Origin: a virus
Taxonomy: Duplodnaviria; Caudoviricetes
Reading direction: 5' to 3' (one strand)
IMG/VR virus record: IMGVR_UViG_3300025598_000044
Span: 1 to 61,874 of that record
DNA length: 61,874 nt
The notes beneath the pieces are model-generated. The model saw nothing but the letters and a program-made list of their open reading frames with translations. It made no database searches and had not been told where the DNA came from. Position 1 is the stretch's first letter. Every line of letters starts with the position of its first letter. The position numbers and the translations under genes were made by a program. Positions 55,025 through 61,874 of this stretch are shown here, in pieces.

Positions 55025-55804
55025 TTACACCGCTGTATTAGAAATAAGGATGCCTTCGACGCCGATACCGACTTGGAACGAACCGGACGACGGTTCACCC
55101 GCCGCTTGCCATTGAACGTCGGTCTTTTGCGGATAGGCGCGTGGGGCTACACGAAGCGTTCCGTATTCGTTCGTGAACGGAGCCTGAAGAAGAATTTGAA
55201 TTAGGCCCGTACTGGATTGTGTGTACACGCGATAAAACGAATAGTTGCCCGCCGTGTTACCGTTAAGGCTTGAGTAAGCATTGGAACGCGTCAGATAGAA
55301 CGTGTAACCGTTTGGTACGGTGTAGATCATCATCTGACTCTTGCCATATCCGGCGGTAATCTCAGCGTATTGAAGAGTCTTACCCGCGTTGCCTACGTTC
55401 AGCGTACCTACCGCGTTGACCGTTCCGACCACCGAAATACCGTTGATCCGCAAATACGAATTGACGGAAGTAACGCCTGTCGTGCCGTTAGTCAGGGTAA
55501 GAGTTTCTGAAATCTGGTTGTATCCAGAATCGAGTCCGTTGATTAGGACTTGCACTGCTGTGTCAGAGTTTGATGAACTCCAGAGCAATACCTGCGCCGC
55601 TGACGCAGGGTATGTGTATTGCGTAGTGTTTTCCCAAACCGGATAAAACGTAGCGCCGCTGCTATTAGGCAAAGCGTTCTGGTATCCGTACACGTTGACA
55701 ACCGAACACCCCGGCACGAGACCACGGGCCACCTGCATGTACCAAGGAGCCGCAAGGCTCGACTCAGTGCTGCCAGCAAACGGTGGGTAGAGCGTGATAC
55801 TCAT
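55025..55804 (-). CDS. Tail-associated structural protein
   Basis: QVARG.VPG....VYGY, I.GLD..Y...SE, RIN, and Q.MIYTVPNGY.FY. Confidence 0.65.
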   Translation of the reverse strand: MSITLYPPFAGSTESSLAAPWYMQVARGLVPGCSVVNVYGYQNALPNSSGATFYPVWENTTQYTYPASAAQVLLWSSSNSDTAVQVLINGLDSGYNQISETLTLTNGTTGVTSVNSYLRINGISVVGTVNAVGTLNVGNAGKTLQYAEITAGYGKSQMMIYTVPNGYTFYLTRSNAYSSLNGNTAGNYSFYRVYTQSSTGLIQILLQAPFTNEYGTLRVAPRAYPQKTDVQWQAAGEPSSGSFQVGIGVEGILISNTAV

Positions 55805-56136
55805 TGAGACTCACCGCCCGTCAGAGTTGCCGTGACGCCCGTCGTGCTGGCCTTCATCTGGATGGTGTCCCCGGTGTTCATGATCTGGGATCCAGTCCAT
55901 TGCATCGTGCTGTAAGCAGGGATGGCGGCTTGGTAGAAAATGGCGTTGTACGTATTCGGGGCGCTGCCTACCGGGACGATGCACAGAGTGACGGTGACCG
56001 CCGTGCTGTTCGTGTTGCAAATATCAACGTCTTTGAGGAACGTGCGTGTACTCGCCGGGACCGTATAGACAACGCCATACGATGCAGTCAAGGCAACCTG
56101 CCCGAGTCTAACCGGCGTAATATTCTGGTACGCCAT
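55801..56136 (-). CDS. Small tail-associated beta-sandwich protein
   Basis: VYTVPA....K...ICN and GDTI; likely start is the ATG at 56136. Confidence 0.65.
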   Translation of the reverse strand: MAYQNITPVRLGQVALTASYGVVYTVPASTRTFLKDVDICNTNSTAVTVTLCIVPVGSAPNTYNAIFYQAAIPAYSTMQWTGSQIMNTGDTIQMKASTTGVTATLTGGESQ

Positions 56137-56324
56137 TAGAGGAATTCCCCAAGCCACTGATATACGGCAAGATTACCAAGTTGTTGAATGGTCTGCTTGT
56201 CGTTGTTGTCGATCTGGTTGAAGTACAACCGCAACTGATTGGCGAATTGATTGTGGCTACCCGCGTCGTATTGCGGCGGCGCAACAAGCAGGTTGGGTGC
56301 TTTGGTGGGGGTCAGCGTTGACAT
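56136..56324 (-). CDS. Small tail protein
   Basis: APNL..AP..YD....Q..N.LRLYFNQID; coupled to neighbours. Confidence 0.65.
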   Translation of the reverse strand: MSTLTPTKAPNLLVAPPQYDAGSHNQFANQLRLYFNQIDNNDKQTIQQLGNLAVYQWLGEFL

Positions 56325-58666
56325 TAGCGCCTACCATCCGGACGGACATCGACACGGGTAACACCCAACTGCCAAGCCGTACCCTTCTGTGAAGACTCGA
56401 CCCGCATCGCCATCTGCCGCCCACGGACCCGCGTGTATATCTGACCGGTGTACTGTTCGACAGGCGCGATAGAGGGCGGAGTCGGGGGTAGTTGCGTCGA
56501 GGTAACTACCGGGGTATCTACCGGGTAAGTATAGGACGAGCCGGGGTTCTGCCGGGGCTTCAGGGTGTACGTCACCTGCGGATTGCTGTTGGGCGTCGAT
56601 CCATCAAACGTAATGTCAGGGATGATGCGCCACACGTACGAGAAGTGATCCCCCGAATCCAATTCAAAGTCCGTGGTTTCAATATACGCACTGATGCCAA
56701 TCGAAGGACTCACCGAGCCGTCGTCCGTACCGACCTCATGCAGCAGGATCTGGTTGGGGACCACATACGATACCTTGTCGTACTGGTAATGTTGTTGAGT
56801 GGTCGCCGTACCGTTGACTAGCGTCAGAGACCCGCCTGAGTTGCTGCTATATGCCAGCGTCTCCGTACCAATCGTGATCGACCCCGAATTCGGGTAGGAG
56901 ATAGAAGTCGTCATGGGGATCACAGTAGACCCCACCGGCAGGTTGGTCGTCAGGTAAGAAGTCTGAATACTGAACGCGCCCAGCGGGTTGGTGGCAAACG
57001 GCGAGTCGTACCATGCGGTACGGTTCATGGTGCCGAAGTACCACGACTGATCCATGTAGTTGAGGACAACGTAGCTATCGTTCGTCTGGCTGTTGGTGGA
57101 CGGATAGAACCACCAGATCTCGCTATACGCTTCGTTGTGCCCGCACACGACCTGATAGGACTGACTCATATTCAGGTTGGCGAACACGTATTGACGCACC
57201 GGACATACCAGCGGCTGCACCGTACCGCTATACGCGTAGAACTTGTCCACACCCATCCAGTAGGTGATGTTGTTCACCGTGATCATGGCATTGGGCGACA
57301 TGATGGAGATGTTGTCCATCAAGGTCTGGAAGTTGAATACGAACGGAGCGCCGATGTACTGCATAGAGTACAGCGCTTTGTCGGTCCAAATCAGAAGTTC
57401 CTGTCGGGTAGCAACACCGCTTACGATGTAAGATCCGTTGGCCAGCAACTGTTCACCGGACTGATTCGCCGTCGTCGGCGTCCATTCATACGGCACAGAC
57501 TGGTCTGACCAGCGCACCAGCATGGGGTTGAACGTCGGGGAGAACGTTGTTGGGTCATACGGTGTAGCGCCTAGCGCCACAGCAAACTGATACGTGCTGA
57601 AGATGACGATCTGGTTGGTCTCATTGGGCGCGTTCTGCCCCGAGTATGAGAAAGAAATCGTCGCGCCTTGGGCGACAGTAGATGACAAGGGTTGCGTCAA
57701 TGGGATTGTCGTACTGCCGTTCCAACTTGTAGAAACGTAAGTATTTGGCGGAATGCCCGCGCCGGTAACTGTGGACCCTACGTCGATACTGATCGTATCC
57801 GTTACGGTGATAGTTGACGTTCCACTATTGCTAGAAGCCGTAGTTGCCTTGCTCGTTTTCTGTATAGAACCCGCATACGAGTTGATGGTTATCGCGGGTG
57901 AATACGCTTGGTAGCCAAGGTCGTTGGTGTTCTTGAGCCAGTAATAGATCTGACCGGCGCGTTGCGCCATGATGAGGTCTTGGCCCCAGTTGGCTTGGGA
58001 CCACAGGTTGAGCGGGACGTACCCACCGATGTTATTACCCCAGCCACCCGTACCCCAGCCACCGGCACCCCAACCACCCGTCTGCGTTGCAGCATAGGTC
58101 GAACTGCCCGCCGACAGTTCATAATTGATGTTGACCGTCGCGCCGCCTGTACCTGAAGAAGTCGCTGTGCTACTACCCCGGATGACGTATTGCGTTGCAT
58201 TAAGTACGGCCAGAATCTCGTAGGCTCCGTAGAGCAGGACTCCGTTAACCGTATAACTTGAAGCTCCGGCAATCGTAATGAACGACCCAACCGTAGAAGA
58301 GAAGTTCGGATCGGTTACCGTGACAAGGCTGCTTCCGTTGGTCGTCGTGAATGCAAGAGAAAGCGTCGCCGTGTACGTGATTGGCGTTATGGCATAATAG
58401 TTGAGATCGGCTTGGTTCTGGATGTAGTACCGCTGGTTGGTGCCGACCGCCAGCAACTTCTGGGCATCCAGAGTGACCCAGTTGAACAATGTACGTACAA
58501 CGCCCGCAAAGGTAGCCCCTGCGTTGTTGTTGACCCATCCACCGAGCTTCTGAGGGAAGCCGTAACGAAACCGGATCTTGTCACAGTTGTAATACGCCCC
58601 TTCGTTGGCGTAATTCGTCAACTCTCTATTGAGTCCCGGTTTCGGATGGATCTTGACCAAAGCCAT
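56324..58666 (-). CDS. Tail nozzle / DNA stabilisation protein (beta-propeller)
   Basis: KIRFR.G.PQKLGGW, LWSQ.NWG.DL, VRWSDQ, WMG.DKFY.YSG, EIWWFYP, and R.RGRQ..WQLG..R.D..PDGRR. Confidence 0.8.
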   Translation of the reverse strand: MALVKIHPKPGLNRELTNYANEGAYYNCDKIRFRYGFPQKLGGWVNNNAGATFAGVVRTLFNWVTLDAQKLLAVGTNQRYYIQNQADLNYYAITPITYTATLSLAFTTTNGSSLVTVTDPNFSSTVGSFITIAGASSYTVNGVLLYGAYEILAVLNATQYVIRGSSTATSSGTGGATVNINYELSAGSSTYAATQTGGWGAGGWGTGGWGNNIGGYVPLNLWSQANWGQDLIMAQRAGQIYYWLKNTNDLGYQAYSPAITINSYAGSIQKTSKATTASSNSGTSTITVTDTISIDVGSTVTGAGIPPNTYVSTSWNGSTTIPLTQPLSSTVAQGATISFSYSGQNAPNETNQIVIFSTYQFAVALGATPYDPTTFSPTFNPMLVRWSDQSVPYEWTPTTANQSGEQLLANGSYIVSGVATRQELLIWTDKALYSMQYIGAPFVFNFQTLMDNISIMSPNAMITVNNITYWMGVDKFYAYSGTVQPLVCPVRQYVFANLNMSQSYQVVCGHNEAYSEIWWFYPSTNSQTNDSYVVLNYMDQSWYFGTMNRTAWYDSPFATNPLGAFSIQTSYLTTNLPVGSTVIPMTTSISYPNSGSITIGTETLAYSSNSGGSLTLVNGTATTQQHYQYDKVSYVVPNQILLHEVGTDDGSVSPSIGISAYIETTDFELDSGDHFSYVWRIIPDITFDGSTPNSNPQVTYTLKPRQNPGSSYTYPVDTPVVTSTQLPPTPPSIAPVEQYTGQIYTRVRGRQMAMRVESSQKGTAWQLGVTRVDVRPDGRR

Positions 58667-58668
58667 GA

Positions 58669-58881
58669 TTATTCGCCTTCACGAAGCTTACGGGCTTCTT
58701 CCGTTGCTTTCTCGTCACGGGTCCATTTTTCCCAGACTGCGCCCTGCTCGTATTTATACTCAATAGAGTGAACGAGTCCGCAGTCGCAACACTCGTGATG
58801 ATACGGAGGCCGACCGTGGGCCGACCGATACCACTTACCATCTTCTAGTTGGTAGGTGTGTTCACGCTTTTTCTTGGCCAT
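58669..58881 (-). CDS. Small Cys-motif protein
   Basis: ECCDCGLVH; likely start is the ATG at 58881, overlapping the lysozyme end. Confidence 0.6.
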   Translation of the reverse strand: MAKKKREHTYQLEDGKWYRSAHGRPPYHHECCDCGLVHSIEYKYEQGAVWEKWTRDEKATEEARKLREGE

Positions 58882-59326
58882 TTCCAGTCCTCGCAAAGAG
58901 TTCCGCTTCAGCCGCACGTCGCTTGGTCAAACCCGGAAGCACCTTGCCGCCAGCCTTGTTCCACTTGGAGAACTCCTTGGTCGCCGCATCGAAGTCTTTC
59001 GCATTGACCAGACTCAGAAGCGTCGAGCCTTTGAAGTTGCCCGCACCGACGTTGAACACAAAATCACACAGCGCATCGAACTGATTCTGATTGATCTGCG
59101 GCTCAACAAGATTGTTGACCGTGTTTTGGGCACTTTGCAGATCCAGCATCAGAAGATAATCAGCGCGGGCTTGGTCGATCTTGAGACCCGCATAAACGTC
59201 AGGGCCAGTATGGCCATAGCCGACCGTCCACTTACCAATCGGATCTTGGTACGCTTCTAATTGGCAACTCTCAAACTGCTTGGTGATCGCCGCGCAGTTT
59301 GGACTGACGTTCATGCGGTTCAACAT
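58862..59326 (-). CDS. Endolysin, GH24 phage lysozyme
   Basis: FES..L.AYQD..G.WTVGYGHT, QFDAL.DF.FNVG and GLTKRR.AE. Confidence 0.9.
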   Translation of the reverse strand: MLNRMNVSPNCAAITKQFESCQLEAYQDPIGKWTVGYGHTGPDVYAGLKIDQARADYLLMLDLQSAQNTVNNLVEPQINQNQFDALCDFVFNVGAGNFKGSTLLSLVNAKDFDAATKEFSKWNKAGGKVLPGLTKRRAAEAELFARTGNGQEKA

Positions 59327-59328
59327 GA

Positions 59329-59685
59329 TTAAGCCGCCGGAGCCGTGATCGGAGCCGGGGTCGTCGCCGCCGCAACCTGATTAACGACCGTCGTAACGAG
59401 CGTAGTCACAGTCTTGGCCGCGATGTCCTTGCCCAGAGCCTTGAACTCGACTTCAGCCGAAGCAAGACCCGCAGCAATCGCTGCGCTGGTGCCGCCCGAG
59501 GCAAGAGCCGACAGGACAGCCAGACCGATGACTTTGACCGCGTTTTCAAGATCCGCAACGGCAATCTGGTTCAGTTCGGTGACGCAAGCCCTGTAATCGG
59601 CTTCGACAGCGGCAGCAATCGGGCTACCTTCAAACCACTTCTTGACCGCAAGCAGATCATTCTCAATCGTAGTGAAAAAACTCAT
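59329..59685 (-). CDS. Ala-rich helical protein in the lysis cassette
   Basis: GGAGG RBS; amphipathic/hydrophobic helices. Confidence 0.65.
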   Translation of the reverse strand: MSFFTTIENDLLAVKKWFEGSPIAAAVEADYRACVTELNQIAVADLENAVKVIGLAVLSALASGGTSAAIAAGLASAEVEFKALGKDIAAKTVTTLVTTVVNQVAAATTPAPITAPAA

Positions 59686-59686
59686 T

Positions 59687-59896
59687 TCAATCCTCCGTTA
59701 ATAAACACGAGAACCCAATATCGAACTCAGCCCTCTCAAGACTTTCCACCGTCCACGGGCTGTTCGGCTGTGGAACCACTCCCGCTGTTGGACGGCATTC
59801 CAACCCTTGCCGACGTAATGACGTGCATGACTGCATTGACAGCAGCGACGATAGCAACAATACCCGCAGCAAGATTCTGAATGGTGTCATTGTCAA
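59687..59896 (-). CDS. Possible overlapping lipoprotein (spanin-like)
   Basis: Hydrophobic signal RILLRVLLLSSLLSMQS-C with a non-canonical lipobox; ends 1 nt before the next start. Confidence 0.45.
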   Translation of the reverse strand: MTMTPFRILLRVLLLSSLLSMQSCTSLRRQGLECRPTAGVVPQPNSPWTVESLERAEFDIGFSCLLTED

Positions 59897-60071
59897 GACT
59901 CAGTGGGTAGCCGAAAGCCTTGGCAAGTGCAAGGAGCGTACCGATCAAAGCCAACAGGACGTTGGTCGCAATGGTGCGATTCTTCCACGTCGTGGGATCG
60001 GCAACTTCCTTACCTTCCTTGAACAGTTCAAAGAATTTAGGAGCGTTCTTGATGTAATCGAACAATGACAT
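59736..60071 (-). CDS. Holin-like membrane protein
   Basis: Two hydrophobic helices, WKNRT motif and TS..VG ending; located upstream of the lysozyme. Confidence 0.65.
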   Translation of the reverse strand: MSLFDYIKNAPKFFELFKEGKEVADPTTWKNRTIATNVLLALIGTLLALAKAFGYPLSLDNDTIQNLAAGIVAIVAAVNAVMHVITSARVGMPSNSGSGSTAEQPVDGGKS

Positions 60072-60080
60072 GTGGATACC

Positions 60081-60563
60081 TCAAGTAATGGATACAGATA
60101 TTTTTGCACCAACCGTTGTACCAAACAACGTAGTCGTATCCGTACGCGTGAATGTAAATCTCGTATTTGATACTGAGCCTTGTCCCGTCGAATCGTAAGT
60201 TGCAACGGGGCTAGTCAATGTTGTGCCGTTAATTGTCAAAGTCGTTATGCCAGTCGTATGGTTTCCGCTAACATAAACATAATAAACCGCCGCATCGACC
60301 GTGCCATTTGGGGCACTTCTTGAAACAACCCCAAGCACCGTCAAGCCGTTCACAATGTAAGGACTGGGGGAAACGCTGCCGCTGGCGTTATCCGGATATA
60401 GTAGCCACGGCCCTGAAGGCGTGCCCGTATTGGTAATTGAACTCCATCCCCACCAACCAAAAGAATTTCCGTTTACGGTATTGACTGACGACATCGAACC
60501 TACAGTGATTGATGTACTTGCGCCACGCGCCAAATAGCCAAGCGTACGTACCGCGAATGTCAT
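60081..60563 (-). CDS. Fibre-tip / receptor-binding-like protein
   Basis: Thr/Ser/Gly-rich beta protein coupled to the tail fibre gene. Confidence 0.55.
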   Translation of the reverse strand: MTFAVRTLGYLARGASTSITVGSMSSVNTVNGNSFGWWGWSSITNTGTPSGPWLLYPDNASGSVSPSPYIVNGLTVLGVVSRSAPNGTVDAAVYYVYVSGNHTTGITTLTINGTTLTSPVATYDSTGQGSVSNTRFTFTRTDTTTLFGTTVGAKISVSIT

Positions 60564-61633
60564 TATGCAAACGCCTTAGCAACTGTGGCGTACCACGTAG
60601 TGCCACGATATGTGGCAACGATCAGATCTACCGCGCTCGACGTGGTGCTAAGAAGGGGCGACGGAGCGCCTCCCGGCCACTTGGCCCACGAGGTATACAT
60701 CGTCGCAGCCGTACCGCTGGCGGGTTGAGTCACAAAAATGTTAATGGTCTGTCCGTCACCCTGATTGGTAAACGTCAGCGTATTGATCGCTGCCGAGGCA
60801 GCGAGCGTCATGTAGAAAACGTTGCCCGTCGAACAATCAATTGAGGCAGCACTTGTAGAGGGCGAAATCGAAACAGCGCCGGTATATGCCTGAGTGAATT
60901 TAGCCTTAGTGGGTGTACTCTGCCCAATCGTGGAGTTTTCAATAGTGTCTCCTTGAATAGTGACACCCTGCATAGTTCCGCCAACAATAGAGGCGGTATT
61001 GATCGTTGGAGACGTAAGCGTTTTGCCTGAGATACTCTGAGTAGAGCTTGTATCAACAAGCGTTACAGACCCCGGAATCGTCGTACCATTCAGTACCGTT
61101 GCGCCCGACACCGTGAGCGAAGAAGCGTTCAACGTCGTGAACGCGCCCGTCGAAGGAGTATTGGCTCCGATAGGCGTATTGTCGATGGCATTGGTCGAGA
61201 AGTTGGCGATGTAGTTGATCGCCGGGACGATAGCCGTACCATTACACGCAAGGCAGATACGCGAGCCTGTCGGAATCGTAACCCCGCTGCTACCCGTCGT
61301 GACCGTAAGCGCCTGACCCGTGTTGTTGTATATAAAGTACAACTTCTTATTAGTCGGCACGGTGAGCGTGGCGGGGGACGACAAAGACCCCTGACACTCA
61401 ATGTACATGTTGCGGGCAATCGCATATGGGCTGCTGTTGTCGTAGCCATTCGGGATCGTGATCGCCATGCTACCCGTCATCGTAAGGACGAAGTAACCGC
61501 TGACCGCCTGTTCCAGAATGCCCGACGCATTGGTCGATTGGTCGCCAAGATTATTGTTGGCGAGGGCACCCCAGTTCGGCGTACCCGTGTCTGGGATGGC
61601 GATTTTAAGGTTCGTGCTGTAGTAAATTGCCAT
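60563..61633 (-). CDS. Tail fibre protein
   Basis: YS.NL....TG..WG...N.N...EQA.SG N-terminus, IDNTPIGA.TPSTGAFTTL repeat, and C-terminal KWPGG..P.LST...AVD. Confidence 0.75.
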   Translation of the reverse strand: MAIYYSTNLKIAIPDTGTPNWGALANNNLGDQSTNASGILEQAVSGYFVLTMTGSMAITIPNGYDNSSPYAIARNMYIECQGSLSSPATLTVPTNKKLYFIYNNTGQALTVTTGSSGVTIPTGSRICLACNGTAIVPAINYIANFSTNAIDNTPIGANTPSTGAFTTLNASSLTVSGATVLNGTTIPGSVTLVDTSSTQSISGKTLTSPTINTASIVGGTMQGVTIQGDTIENSTIGQSTPTKAKFTQAYTGAVSISPSTSAASIDCSTGNVFYMTLAASAAINTLTFTNQGDGQTINIFVTQPASGTAATMYTSWAKWPGGAPSPLLSTTSSAVDLIVATYRGTTWYATVAKAFA

Positions 61634-61642
61634 GATGATTCC

Positions 61643-61874
61643 TCAAGTCGTCGCCACAGGTACCCAACCCACTTCGGTAGATACGTCTGCTCTGTACACC
61701 GTGCTATCCGCAGTAATGTAAGTCGTATCAGCGCTGAAGTAAGGCTCGGGGGGCACGACTGTAGTTACCGCAGCCCATGTAGCCCCCAAACCCGTTTCAA
61801 ACGCCGGAGATGGTTGGAACGCCCCGAACTGAAACGCGCCCCCCGCAGGAGCCGGTACGGAAATCGACGTCCAG
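61643..61874 (-). CDS. 3' part of junction-spanning 89-aa protein
   Basis: ...GATWAAVTTVVPPEPYFSADTTYITADSTVYRADVSTEVGWVPVATT*; TGA at 61643 overlaps the RBS of the fibre gene. Confidence 0.75.
   Translation of the reverse strand, partial: WTSISVPAPAGGAFQFGAFQPSPAFETGLGATWAAVTTVVPPEPYFSADTTYITADSTVYRADVSTEVGWVPVATT
61742..61874. repeat. Terminal direct repeat, right copy
   Basis: Matches 1-132 with one extra G. Confidence 0.95.

Noticed and set aside
1-61874. Alternative genetic code, diversity-generating retroelement, integrase or tRNA genes
   Set aside because: The standard code gives dense, uninterrupted genes, and no reverse transcriptase, recombinase or cloverleaf was recognised by eye (tRNAscan and HMM searches would confirm).

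Overview
The window is an apparently complete, circularly assembled tailed-phage genome of about 61.7 kb. Positions 1-132 repeat at 61742-61874, and an 89-aa gene reads in frame across that junction. The architecture is podovirus-like. A minus-strand virion and lysis arm (TerS, TerL, portal, GroES, scaffold, major capsid, adaptors, tailspike/fibres, nozzle, ejection proteins, lysozyme) wraps through the junction. A plus-strand early/replication arm (25.2-43.1 kb) encodes a MoxR-like AAA+ ATPase, VWA/metallopeptidase, family A DNA polymerase, PD-(D/E)xK nuclease, SNF2 helicase, SSB-like protein and primase-helicase. I saw no integrase, tRNA, CRISPR array or reverse transcriptase. The best leads are: (1) a ~310-nt highly structured RNA behind a sigma70-type promoter at the start of the early arm; (2) a recurring hydrophobic-x-x-Gly-Gly tag on many internal virion proteins, together with a lambda tape-measure-C-terminal-like domain; (3) an unannotated 54-aa, 41% histidine peptide; (4) a 2073-aa ejection protein with repeated beta-clamp-type motifs and FtsK-gamma-like domains; (5) a pseudoknot candidate at an RBS after the capsid terminator; (6) a stand-alone mini-copy of the head-tail adaptor domain among early genes; and (7) a glycosyltransferase/methyltransferase pair coupled to an almost uncharged Ser/Thr/Asn fibre. 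All family calls come from motif recognition by eye, not from database searches.
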